A DNA stretch of 50,890 bases from Clostridia bacterium (GTDB lineage: Bacteria > Bacillota > Clostridia > Oscillospirales > CAG-272), in contig JAFTPF010000137.1 in NCBI GenBank assembly GCA_017463445.1, positions 1 through 50,890 on the forward strand, given 5' to 3'. A model generated the notes under the pieces. It was given only the letters and a program-made list of their open reading frames with translations. It made no database searches and was not told the origin of the DNA. Below, one piece after another: positions 15,530 through 25,699 of the stretch. Within the stretch, counting starts at the first letter, position 1, and each line of letters opens with the position of its first letter. The translations under genes were made by a program, and so were the position numbers.

Positions 15530-18500
15530 TCAATCGTAACAGTTCCACTCGTATTCCAGGTAGGTCTCCACCAGATAACGAGCGTTGTTTCGGGCGTTAG
15601 ACAGCGTTCCCATCGAACGGATTCCGTCTGCGCTCATCCCGTCGATCACGACCACCCAGCCCTGCTGTGTTTCGAAGGTCACGTCGTACAGGTTGTTGTA
15701 GCAGTGATGGAACGCATTGGGAAAGATCCTCTTCACGGTGGACGGAATGGTGATCGACTCCAGACCGCAGGAGGCAAATGCATATTGGCCGATCTCCCGC
15801 ACAGCCGCAAGATCGATCTTTTGCAGGGAGCTACATTCCCTGAACGCATCCGACAGGATCGTCTTGACGGTATCGGGAATGATTACGGTCTGCAATGAGG
15901 AGCAATATTCAAATAAGCCCACCGACACGCACTCGATCTCAGGGAGTGCAACATAAACCAGATCGTCACAGCCGGAGAAAACATAGTCATCTACCGTCTC
16001 TATGGGCAGCTCCGCCCAATCGATCCGCTTCAGCGAACCGCACTCCGTAAATGCCCCTGCCTGCACCGTGTTCAAGGTATTCGGGAAGTCTATAGTCGTC
16101 AGGGCGGTACAGCTTGCAAAGGCGCAAACGCCGATGGAGCGGATACCGCTGTTCCCCAGTTCCACCGTCTTCAAGGATGGACAGTAGGCAAATGCATACT
16201 CGCTCAGCGCGTTCACCGAGCCGGGAACGGTCACCGACCGCAGTCCGCTCTCGGCAAACGCCCAATCTCCAATGATCTCCAGCGCATGGGGAAGGGTGAT
16301 TTTGGTAAGGGCGGTACAACCGAGGAAAGCTCTTGCCCCGATGGTCCGAATGCTCCCGGGGATCGTGATGCTTTGCAGATTCTCCATGCCCTCAAAAGCG
16401 GATTCGCCGATCACGGTAACTGCCACGCCTTGATAGGTGGCGGGGATGGTTACTTTAGCGGCGTTTTTATCCTCATAGCCCGTCACGCCCCAGGTTCCAT
16501 CCTCCTGCATTTGGTAGGTCAGATATTTGGAGGTAGGGTCGCTCCACGTCCAAGTCATCTCCGCAAAGGTGTCGGTCAACGCTTCTGCCGCCACCGCAGG
16601 ATCGGAAAGGTCCGCGTCCACGTTCCAGCCGATGGGAGATTCGAATGTCACTTCCTTCAGCCGAGTGGACATAAAGCTGAACGCTCCGGCACTGATAGCG
16701 GTTACCGATACGGGGATGGTGATGGATTCGATCCTGCCGTTGAAAAAGATCCGGCTTCCGATAGTCGTAAGACCTGACGGCAGGGTCAGCGACTTCAGAG
16801 GACAATTGTAAAACGCCTCGTCACAGATCTTGGTTATACCGTCCGGAAGACTCAGTGTACCAAGCGCGATGCAATCCTTGAACAGGCGAATGGGGATCTC
16901 GGTCAGATTTTCGGACAGGGTCACGCTCTTCAGATTTGAGCAGTATTCAAAAGCCCCGGTACCAAGGGTAGTAACGCTGTCGGGCAGGATGATGCTATTG
17001 AGTCCTTTACATTGGCTGAATGCGTTACCGCCGATCTCCTGCAATCCGTCGGGGAGATCTACCGACTCAAGAGCGGTACAACTGCTGAAGGCGGCGGAAT
17101 CAATAATCTCTAGCGTAGAGGGGAAGGTCACCGATCGTAGTGCGGTACAGCCCGAGAATGCCATTTCTCCGATCTCCACGATTCCTGTTTTCAATACGAG
17201 GGTGGTAAGATCGGTACATTCACCGAACGCCAGCGCCCCCATTTCGGCAAGCGATCCGGGCAGGGTCAGGGACTTGACGGCGCAACCGTAGAATGCTTCC
17301 TGCCCGATAGCAGTAAGAGTCGAGGGGAAATTGACGGTGGTCAGCTTGGGGCAATACAGAAAGGCTTGATCTTCAATGATCCGAAGTCCCTCGGAAAGCG
17401 TCACCGACCGCAGATTTCCGCATTCCATGAACGCCGCCTCGCAGACGGCGGTCACGTCGATTCCCTTATAGGTAGCGGGAATCGTAACTGTGGTGGCGTT
17501 ACGGTTATCGTAATAGAATACGCCATAGGTTCCGTCGTCCAGCTTACGGAACACCAGATCGGGGTCTGCGGAAGTATCTTCTTTCGTCCACTCCACGGTA
17601 GCAAAGGTTTCGGTCAACGCGGCAGCGGCGGCGGCAGGATCGGAAAGATCTGCCGTGACACTCCAATAAGCGGTCTCATTGAAATGCGCTCTCGTCAGTC
17701 CGCTGTATTGGAAGGCGAATTTGCCGATCTGTGCCAAGGAAGCGGGGAGCGTGATCTCTTTCAGCGCTTCGCATTTATAGAATGCCGCCGTGTCGATACG
17801 CTGCAGGGTCTCGGGAAGCGTGACCGTATGCAATGCGTGGCAGTTCTGGAATGCGCTTTCCGAAAGGGCTTTCACACCCGTCTCTACCGTGACCGTGGTC
17901 AGAGAAGTGCAGGCGGTGAATACGCCTTCCATCACCGTCTCTACCGAACCCGGGATGGTAACACTCTTCAGTCCGCAACCGTAAAAGGCGTTTTTGCCAA
18001 GATCGGTCAGGGTAACGGGCAGACGGATCTCGCTGAGATCGGTACAGCCTTCGAAGGCATTCGCTCCGATATAGGTAATGCCGTCCTGAATGATGACACT
18101 CTTCAGATCATCGCTGTTCAGAAATGCGGAGTTCAGAACATACTTGACCGGTGTGTCCTTATAGGTCGCAGGAATCACAACCTGCTCCGATTCCTGCGAA
18201 TCATCGTAATCAGAGATCGCATAATACCCGTCGGTCATCAGCACGAAGGACAGTCCCGGATCGGGCGTGGTCACCGGCTCGTTGACATCGGGCGGATCCT
18301 CGGTCTCGGGCGGGGTGGTGGTGACTACGGGCGGGAGGCTGTTGGTAGGATCGGTGCCCACGGGATCGTCCGCACTCTCCAGCAAACGGGTAGCAAAGAA
18401 GATTCCCACAAACAGGAAAACAATGCCCATAGCATAGGCAACCACCGCTTTGGAGATCCGTCGGACATGGATGCCCGCATAGGCGCGGGGACGGTAGGGG

Positions 18501-18622
18501 ACGCCGCTGATGGCTGCTGCCGTCAGGGCGGCGGGAGCTTTGACCTTGCCGCCAAGCCCCTGCAGACGCAAAGTGAGCGCGTCGGTCTCGGGCAGGTCGA
18601 GGGGATGCCTGTCTTTATACAT
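15530..18622 (-). CDS. Membrane-anchored BspA-type leucine-rich-repeat protein, probable anti-sigma factor
   Basis: Short cytoplasmic N-terminus, one TM helix, Pro/Thr linker, then many LxxIxLPxxLxxIGxxAFxxC repeats in three modules; overlaps the stop of the upstream ECF sigma. Confidence 0.85.
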   Translation of the reverse strand: MYKDRHPLDLPETDALTLRLQGLGGKVKAPAALTAAAISGVPYRPRAYAGIHVRRISKAVVAYAMGIVFLFVGIFFATRLLESADDPVGTDPTNSLPPVVTTTPPETEDPPDVNEPVTTPDPGLSFVLMTDGYYAISDYDDSQESEQVVIPATYKDTPVKYVLNSAFLNSDDLKSVIIQDGITYIGANAFEGCTDLSEIRLPVTLTDLGKNAFYGCGLKSVTIPGSVETVMEGVFTACTSLTTVTVETGVKALSESAFQNCHALHTVTLPETLQRIDTAAFYKCEALKEITLPASLAQIGKFAFQYSGLTRAHFNETAYWSVTADLSDPAAAAAALTETFATVEWTKEDTSADPDLVFRKLDDGTYGVFYYDNRNATTVTIPATYKGIDVTAVCEAAFMECGNLRSVTLSEGLRIIEDQAFLYCPKLTTVNFPSTLTAIGQEAFYGCAVKSLTLPGSLAEMGALAFGECTDLTTLVLKTGIVEIGEMAFSGCTALRSVTFPSTLEIIDSAAFSSCTALESVDLPDGLQEIGGNAFSQCKGLNSIILPDSVTTLGTGAFEYCSNLKSVTLSENLTEIPIRLFKDCIALGTLSLPDGITKICDEAFYNCPLKSLTLPSGLTTIGSRIFFNGRIESITIPVSVTAISAGAFSFMSTRLKEVTFESPIGWNVDADLSDPAVAAEALTDTFAEMTWTWSDPTSKYLTYQMQEDGTWGVTGYEDKNAAKVTIPATYQGVAVTVIGESAFEGMENLQSITIPGSIRTIGARAFLGCTALTKITLPHALEIIGDWAFAESGLRSVTVPGSVNALSEYAFAYCPSLKTVELGNSGIRSIGVCAFASCTALTTIDFPNTLNTVQAGAFTECGSLKRIDWAELPIETVDDYVFSGCDDLVYVALPEIECVSVGLFEYCSSLQTVIIPDTVKTILSDAFRECSSLQKIDLAAVREIGQYAFASCGLESITIPSTVKRIFPNAFHHCYNNLYDVTFETQQGWVVVIDGMSADGIRSMGTLSNARNNARYLVETYLEYEWNCYD

Positions 18623-19127
18623 CTATGCCATCTCCTTTCAGTAGTTGTCTGAGCAGTTCCTTGCCGCGGGACAGTCTGGAGCGGAAGCTGCCAGGACGCA
18701 GTCCGAGAATCTCGGCGCAGGTCTCGGCTGGGATCTCCTCTATGTAGTACAGTTGGATGGGGATGCGGTATTTTGCCGGCATCTTCAGGAGAGCAGCGAA
18801 CAGTCCGTGCTCCTCCTCGGGTACGGATGCCAGATCGCCCACCTCCTCCAGGGTAAGCGTGGTGTCTTTGAAGGCTGCCGAAAAATAGCGTTTACAACAG
18901 ACCAACGTAGTGCGGATCAGCCACGCTTTGCGATGCTCCTCGCTATCAAAGGTGCGTTCTTTTTCAAACAGTCGCATAAATACTTCCTGAAATACTTCTT
19001 CCGCCGCTTCTTCCTTGCGGGTACGGGACAGCGCGATGCGCCAGACCGTATCGGCGTGGAGGCGGACGATTTCATCCCGCCGGTCCGCTCCGGGCGGTTG
19101 TGGGATGTCCGTGTAGGGTTTTGGCAT
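18615..19127 (-). CDS. ECF-type RNA polymerase sigma factor
   Basis: Region 2 (AEEVFQEVFMRL, KAWLIR) and region 4 (MPAKYRIPIQLYY..AEILGL..RSRLSRGKELLR); AGGAGG RBS. Confidence 0.9.
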   Translation of the reverse strand: MPKPYTDIPQPPGADRRDEIVRLHADTVWRIALSRTRKEEAAEEVFQEVFMRLFEKERTFDSEEHRKAWLIRTTLVCCKRYFSAAFKDTTLTLEEVGDLASVPEEEHGLFAALLKMPAKYRIPIQLYYIEEIPAETCAEILGLRPGSFRSRLSRGKELLRQLLKGDGIDV

Positions 19128-19168
19128 AGCCGATCCTCCTCTCGTTATGGGATAGTCAAAACTCCTTT

Positions 19169-19203
19169 CACCCATAATTCCGCAATTACGGGCATTTTGT
19201 TGC
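19169..19203 (-). promoter_or_regulatory. Putative autoregulatory ECF promoter (GCAAC...CGGAAT)
   Basis: AAC-type -35 and CGxA-type -10 directly upstream of the ECF gene; near copy at 785-819. Confidence 0.55.
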
Positions 19204-19290
19204 GTAAGGCGTAAAGAAATTTCAAAAATTTTTCAAAAAGCGAAAAGAGCCTTGGAGTAAGGCTCTTTCGGGGTGAAACGGTGTTTGCGG

Positions 19291-19983
19291 TCATCTTCTA
19301 CGCTCTTTGGCGTGGAGGATGTCCTTGGCAAAGGCTTCTTTGGTATAATCGTCGATCAATACGGGGGTGGAAAAGATCTGCTCGTCGCCCTTCTTCAGGC
19401 AGAAGGCGTATGCCTTGCCAAGCTCGTTTGCCACAGGCTCTACGCCTGCGCCGTCAAAGTCGGTAAAGTCGTACTCGGCGCTCTTGTCTTCCGACCACTC
19501 CTCGCACAGCGAAATGCGGCGTGTCAGAACGGTGAGACGGTCGCGACGGATGTACAGATAGGCGAGGGTGACCACAGGGTACAAAAGTCCGCCTGCCTTC
19601 AGCGTGCGAGGGGGCAAAAGCTTGCTCTGTTCATCCTCGCCCGATTGGCTACCCACAAGAATCAGAGAGTTTGCGGACAGATCGGAGGGATAATTCAGCT
19701 TATCTTCGCAATATTCCTTGAAGTCTCGCTTGCTGGTGTCGATCAGATCCATCACATCCGATTCCTTCACCTTCATACTGAGAGAGACCGCCCAGAGAGG
19801 GCCGCCCACCACCAGCGGGATCCAGCCCAAGCGTCCCAAAAACCACAGCCCCAAGCCGTGGAACGAGGACAGCACCAGCATCAGTGCGCCGATCAGCATC
19901 AGCGGAATTCCCACCACTTGCAGAAATTTTACCTTTTTACAGTGTTTAACATCAAAAAATTTAATATTGGTTGCAAAGTCCAT
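19291..19983 (-). CDS. Hypothetical membrane protein (two N-terminal TM segments)
   Basis: 230-aa ORF with GAAAGGA RBS and hydrophobic segments. Confidence 0.7.
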   Translation of the reverse strand: MDFATNIKFFDVKHCKKVKFLQVVGIPLMLIGALMLVLSSFHGLGLWFLGRLGWIPLVVGGPLWAVSLSMKVKESDVMDLIDTSKRDFKEYCEDKLNYPSDLSANSLILVGSQSGEDEQSKLLPPRTLKAGGLLYPVVTLAYLYIRRDRLTVLTRRISLCEEWSEDKSAEYDFTDFDGAGVEPVANELGKAYAFCLKKGDEQIFSTPVLIDDYTKEAFAKDILHAKERRR

Positions 19984-20069
19984 TGTTTATTTCCTTTCCA
20001 AGTTGCAATTACAGATTCATTTGATCATATTATAGCACATTTCTCGACTGAATGCAATAGAGAATCGTT

Positions 20070-20858
20070 CTATTCCCGTGATTTTCCCTGCTCTGCCTTA
20101 GGGCGACAACGATAACGCTCCTTATAAGCTTTGGAAAAGTGGGAAAGATCGCAGAATCCGCAGGAGAGGGCGATCTCGGTGAGGCTGATGCCTCCCTTTT
20201 CCACCAGCAGAGAGGCTTTCTCCAGGCGGAAATTGAGGATCGCCCGCTGGGGAGAGATGCCCAGCCCCGATTTGAAGATGCGGTAGAGATAGGATCTGCT
20301 GACGTTCAGATGCTCTGCCAGCGATTCCACCGTCAGCGAGTCGGAATAGGCGTTTTCCATATAGTCGTAGCTCATCTGCAGATAGCGGTCGCCCTTTGCC
20401 GCCAATTCCCGTTCATCGACAGCAACGGTGCTCATCAGCATATAGAACGCGCCCTGTGCTTGCTCGTAATTGTAGAGGGTAGTCTCGGTAGTCAGCCGCT
20501 TCAGATAAGGGATCACCTCGTCCTTGTCCCGATAGACGAAGCAATGGACGCCCGCCTCCAACCCATGACGGCGCAAGACCGCCTCGTTCTCCTTGGCGGC
20601 GCCCACGCCTACCCAAAGATATTCCCAGGGATCGTCGGGATCGGCGGTGTAGGTGGTCACTTCGCCGGGGATGATGAAAAAGCCCTCTCCCTGCTCCAAC
20701 AGAAACTCTCCGTCCTCGGTCTGCAGTCTTCCCTTTCCACGGATGACGAAATGGAGCAGAAAACAGTCTCTGATAGCGGGACCGAAGCGGTGTCCGCCGG
20801 GACATTGCTCGTGTCCCATGAATGCCCGCCCGTTACCGTCTGAAAATGCGATCGGCAT
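20070..20858 (-). CDS. AraC family transcriptional regulator
   Basis: Cupin-type N-terminus (GHRFGPAIRDCFLLHFV, ADPDDPWEYLWV) and C-terminal double HTH (LAEHLNVSRSYLYRIFK, CGFCDLSHFSKAYK). Confidence 0.92.
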   Translation of the reverse strand: MPIAFSDGNGRAFMGHEQCPGGHRFGPAIRDCFLLHFVIRGKGRLQTEDGEFLLEQGEGFFIIPGEVTTYTADPDDPWEYLWVGVGAAKENEAVLRRHGLEAGVHCFVYRDKDEVIPYLKRLTTETTLYNYEQAQGAFYMLMSTVAVDERELAAKGDRYLQMSYDYMENAYSDSLTVESLAEHLNVSRSYLYRIFKSGLGISPQRAILNFRLEKASLLVEKGGISLTEIALSCGFCDLSHFSKAYKERYRCRPKAEQGKSRE

Positions 20859-20916
20859 AGCACATCCTCCTTGGTGCTGATATTCACCTGTATTATAGCA
20901 TATTTTTACGCAGCTT

Positions 20917-20979
20917 GCAACATAGATACCAAAAAAAGCAACAATAATAATAGCGTTTTTTTGCCGCGGAAGCTATAAT
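20917..20979 (+). promoter_or_regulatory. Probable AraC tandem operator and GH97 promoter
   Basis: GCAACA direct repeats 21 bp apart (20917, 20938) next to a weak -35; TATAAT at 20974. Confidence 0.5.
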
Positions 20980-21033
20980 GGGATTAATAGCACTGTCGAA
21001 GATCATCTATTATATAGAAAGGAAGAAAAACAG

Positions 21034-23954
21034 ATGAAAAGAATTCAACTGATCGCACTACTACTGGCGGGCGGAATACTGGCAGGCTGCTCCTCCTCGG
21101 GCGACTCCGACACCACTGCCGCGTCCACCACCGTCACCGTCACTCCCTCCAATACTACCGCTCCCTCCGATCCCGAAAAGAACCCCGTGGGTGCCATCAC
21201 CCCCGGCGAGGCAAAGGATCATCTGGTGCAGGACGGCGGCGTCTACACCCTCTACTCTCCCGACGGCACCCTTGCCATCAAGATCAACACCGCCGAGCAG
21301 ATGTCCTACTCGGTCTACCGCGTCCGTGACGGTGAAACCACCGAATGGGTCCGCGAGTCTGCGCTGGGCGTGGAAGCCGGACGCAAAACCTACTACAAAA
21401 ACGCCACCGTTACCTCTGCCACGGCCACCGAGGTGAACATCAGCTATCCCCTCTACGGCAATCAGCGGACCGCCGACGGTCACTGCATGGAGGCGGTGCT
21501 CTCCCTATCCCAGGGCAATTACAGCTACTCGCTGGAGGTGCGCGCCTACGACAACGGCGTTGCCTTCCGCTATGTCCTGCCCGAGCTGTCCAGCGTCAGC
21601 GGTCTTACCGAGCTGACCACCTACGCTCTGCGTACCGACATTGAAAAGTGCTGGTACGGCGTCAACAATCAGGACTACGAATCGGAGATCGCCTCTCACA
21701 GTCCCACCCGCGCCTCCAGCGACATTATTACCGCTCCCCTGACCGCCGAGCTGAAGTCGGGACGTGGCTATATCTCCATTATGGAGGGCGCGCTGAACGA
21801 GTCCTATCCCGGCGTGAACCTGAAGGCAGAGGGCAGATCCACCTACTCCACCTGCTTCTACACCACCCCCACCGTCAATGCAGGAACGCTGTCCTCCGGC
21901 TGGCGGCTCATCAACATCGCCGACGACCTGAACGGGCTGGTGAACAACTACAATATCTACACCGTCAACGAAGCGGCTGACGAGACGCTGTTTGCCGACA
22001 CCTCCTGGATCGAGGCGGGGCGCTCTGCCTGGTCCTGGAATATGACCCACAGCGCACCCACCTACGAGCAGATGAAGGAATACATCGTTGCCGCTGCATT
22101 GCTTGGCTACGAGTATAACATCATCGACGACGGCTGGCCCGCATGGACCGATTACAAGGCAAAGCTCACCGATCTGGGCGTTATGGGCGAGGAGCTGAAC
22201 GTCAAACAGCTGCTGTGGGGCGCGATCACCGCCGGCACCTCGGGCTACAACAAGACTCCCGACAAGGTATCGGTTGACACCTACTTCAAGCTGCTCGCCG
22301 AACCCACATGTACGGTGCCAAGGTGGACTTCTGGTGGAGCGACGCCAACACCAACACCACCGCGCTCCAAAAGTACATTCTGGAAGAGGCGGCAAAGCTG
22401 CAGTACATCATCGACTTCCACGGCTGCAACAAGAACACCGGCTTTAACGTGACCTACCCCAACGAGCTTTCCCGTGAGGGCGTGCGCGGTCTGGAAAATA
22501 TCGGCTCCAGCAATACCACCAATTACTCCACCTACGCCGCTTGGCTCAACGCTCAGCTCTACACCCGCTTCCTCTGCGGTCACGCTGACTGGACCCCCGG
22601 CACCTACAACGCCATGGAACTGGCTTCGCTGATCTGTATCGACTCGCCTTTGATGGTAGTCGCCTCCGATCCCGCTCACATTCTGGCAAGCCCCGCGGTG
22701 GAATTCATCAAGTCCATCCCCACTGTTTGGGATAAGACCGTGGTCCTCTCCGACAGTAAGATCGGCAAGTATTCGGTCTACGCCAAGGAAAATAACGGCA
22801 CCTGGTTCGTGGGCGGCATAGCCTCCTCCACCGTGAACGGTGCGAAGGTAGATCTCGCCGAGTTCCTGCCCGACGGCAGCTACACCGCCGAGGTATGGGT
22901 AGACGGCGCCTCCGGTATGGAGAAGACGATCGTCACCGTCACAAACGGCGACGTCATCAACATCGGCAATCTCACCTCCGGCAAGGGCTTTGCCATCCGC
23001 ATCTCCAAGCTGTCCCTGAGTCAGTACGGCGGTATGGTCGGAACCATCACCGTTACCGCTCCCGCAGGCGCTACCGTGAAGTACACCGTGGACGGCTCCG
23101 ATCCCATGACCTCCACCACCGTGGTGGCGTGCGACGGCTCCATCACTCTGACCGAGTCCTGCCGTTTGCAGGTCGCTATCACCGACGGTGACGGCAAGGG
23201 CACGCTTCTATCCTATCAGTTCAACGAGATCGATCCCGTCTACACCTTCTCCTCCTCTATGGATTACGAGGACGGTAAGACCACCGTTCATCTGAGCGTC
23301 GGTGACGGTGCTACTATCCACTACACGCTGGACGGCAGCGCGCCTACCACATCCTCTCCCGTTGCGGGTGACAGCATCGTGATCACAGATTCCTGCACAC
23401 TCCGCTATCTGATCGTCTCTGAAATTGTGTCTAAAGAAGGCAGTTTGGACGTGAAAGTGACCAAAGCATTGGAGGTGCCCAAGTCTGATCTTTCGCTGAC
23501 CGATGCCAATCCCACCTCCGTCTCTATCGGTTGGGGTGGCGCGCATTACAACACCTCCATGTCCCCCGACAACGGCATGGCGGCAAGACCCATCTCTCTG
23601 GGCGGCACCAATATCGACAACGGCACCAAGTTTGACCGCGGCATCTCCTCCAACGCTATCTCCACCTACACCTACGCGGTTCCCTCGGGCTACACCCGCT
23701 TCGTGGGCGTGGTTGGCATCGACGACTGCGTTTACAACAACGCCGCCGCTTGCGGTGAAGCAGCCTCCACCCTCTCCCTCGCCTTTGACGGCAATGTGGT
23801 CTACACCTCCCAGGTCTTCCGCATGGGCGAATACGTTTACTTTGACGTAGCGATCCCCGCAGGCGCAAAGACCCTGACCATCACCTTCGGCGACGGCGGC
23901 AACGGCGTGACCTGCGACAACGTCTCCTTGGCCGCCCCCGGCTGGGTGAAGTAA
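21034..23954 (+). CDS. GH97-like glycoside hydrolase lipoprotein with Fn3-associated (YTxDGS) repeats and a C-terminal NPCBM-like module; single -1 frameshift near 22301
   Basis: Lipobox LAGC; VRAYDNGVAFRY, GRSAWSW, GAKVDF, IDFHGCNK, YPNELSREGVRGLE, HADWTP, IPTVWDKT; ORFs 21034..22452 and 22308..23954 join if one base is added. Confidence 0.8.
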
Positions 23955-23959
23955 GATAC

Positions 23960-24054
23960 GCGCGGGCTCGGCCCGCACCCGCCAGCCCCTTTTTGAAAAA
24001 AGGGGCTGGACCCCCAAAAACTTTTGTAAAAGCGCCGCAAATACTTGCGGCGCA
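23960..24054 (+). repeat. REP-like multi-hairpin repeat, copy 5
   Basis: GCGGGC-TCG-GCCCGC, CAGCCCCTTTT-TGAA-AAAAGGGGCTG, CAAAAACTTTTGTAAAAG, GCGCCGCAAATACTTGCGGCGC. Confidence 0.7.
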
Positions 24055-24129
24055 TAGGATACACAGAGGCACTTCCAATGAAGTGCCTCGATTGCAATAT
24101 CCGATTTCATTGGAAAGGATGCAAATTGT

Positions 24130-25689
24130 ATGAAACACTATTTGCGATTGTTCTGTATGCTGCTGCCCCTCTCCCTTTTCGCAGGCGCACTCATCGCCTG
24201 CGGCTCCGATGACACTTCCACACTCGCTGACGACGCCGTCCCCGCTACCGAGTTTGCGGTGGGAGGCGACTTCGTGATCATCCTGCCCGCATCTCCCACC
24301 AACGGTGAGCTGCAGGCTGCCGCCGACCTCTCCTCCGCGCTGGGTAGGCTGGGCGTGACCGTTTCCACGGGAAACGACAGCGCCGAGGCAAAAAACGAGA
24401 TCCTCGTGGGCAAAACCAGCCGCAACGCCTCTCAGGAAGCACTCAGCGGACTGGCAGGCGGCGATTTCACCGTTAAGGTCACCGGCAACGCGGATCAGGG
24501 CTACAAGATCGTGCTTGCCGCCTCCGACGATAACGGCGTGGCATTTGCCGCTGATTATCTGATCAACACTTGCCTGACGGGCGAGACGGCGGGAACCATC
24601 TCGGTCTCGCTGGCACACACCTATCGGCGCGGTGACGTGAGCGTAGCGGGCACACCGTTGTCCGCATACACCGTGGTTTATGCGCAAGAAGGTGTCGGCG
24701 GTGACAAGGACGTGGAAGCGGCAAAATACGCTGACACCGCAAAAGTCTTTGCCGATCTGGCGGAGAAGACCACCGGCGTGCGGCTTACCGTAATCCCCGA
24801 CAGCGAGACGCTTCCCGAGGGCAAACTCATCCACTTCGGAAACACCTCTTCCCGAAACGATAACAGCGTTTATACTTCCAAGCTATCGCGCAATATCTGC
24901 GCATACACGGTTCGCTTCCTGCAAAACGGCGATCTTGCATTGGCAGGGGGCAACGCTTGCTCCGCCCTGGCGGCGGGTGAGGCATTCCTGTCCGCGATTC
25001 GCGCAGCAGAGGCAGAGATCACCGACGAGCTGGCTCTGGCGGGTGAAAAGGAGCTAATCCGCGTTGCCTGCGTGGGCGACAGCATCACCTACGGCACCAA
25101 CTCCACCGATCCGTCCATGCAAAGCTATCCCGTTTATCTCCAGCGGATGCTGGGCTACGATTACTATGTTGAAAAGTTCGGTGCGCCCAGTCACTCCCTC
25201 ATCGAGACCGACACCCAGAGCTTTTTGAAGCACGAATACTTCAAACGGAGCACGGCAGGCGATCCCGATGTGGTCATCGTGATGCTGGGCACCAATGACT
25301 GCCGCACCCAGAAATGGGAGGACTCCGCTTACAAGGATTGGAGCGATCCCGCCCGCAAGGAAGCGTTCCTCTCCTCGGGTCAGAAGCTGATCGATGCTTA
25401 TCGGAAGGCAAACAGCGAGGTGCAGATCATCTTCTCCACCTGTCCCACCGTTCCCCAGGACGCATGGCTGGGCACCGACTGGACCGCCCGCATCAGACGC
25501 TACGGCAATCCCGCCATCAATGAGCTTGCCGGTGCGAACGGCTATCCGGTGATCGACATCTTCTCCTACTCCGAAGATCATCCCGAGATGTTCGAGGGCG
25601 GCGACGGTCTGCATCCCCAGAACGAGCAGTACCAGATCTTGGCACAGGGGATCTACGATCTGGTTAAGGATATGATCAAGAAGCCTTAA
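24130..25689 (+). CDS. SGNH/GDSL family esterase lipoprotein (possible carbohydrate esterase)
   Basis: Lipobox LIAC; blocks VACVGDSITYG, MLGTND and DGLHP; N-terminal accessory domains (NEILVGKTSR). Confidence 0.85.
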   Translation: MKHYLRLFCMLLPLSLFAGALIACGSDDTSTLADDAVPATEFAVGGDFVIILPASPTNGELQAAADLSSALGRLGVTVSTGNDSAEAKNEILVGKTSRNASQEALSGLAGGDFTVKVTGNADQGYKIVLAASDDNGVAFAADYLINTCLTGETAGTISVSLAHTYRRGDVSVAGTPLSAYTVVYAQEGVGGDKDVEAAKYADTAKVFADLAEKTTGVRLTVIPDSETLPEGKLIHFGNTSSRNDNSVYTSKLSRNICAYTVRFLQNGDLALAGGNACSALAAGEAFLSAIRAAEAEITDELALAGEKELIRVACVGDSITYGTNSTDPSMQSYPVYLQRMLGYDYYVEKFGAPSHSLIETDTQSFLKHEYFKRSTAGDPDVVIVMLGTNDCRTQKWEDSAYKDWSDPARKEAFLSSGQKLIDAYRKANSEVQIIFSTCPTVPQDAWLGTDWTARIRRYGNPAINELAGANGYPVIDIFSYSEDHPEMFEGGDGLHPQNEQYQILAQGIYDLVKDMIKKP

Positions 25690-25699
25690 TTCAAAAAAG

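Noticed and set aside
15530-18622. Diversity-generating retroelement acting on the LRR protein
   Set aside because: No reverse transcriptase and no template/variable repeat pair with adenine-specific differences was seen.
22290-22320. Programmed ribosomal frameshift in GH97 (and in the ABC ATPase)
   Set aside because: No slippery heptamer or stimulatory structure; it fits the window-wide pattern of homopolymer deletions.
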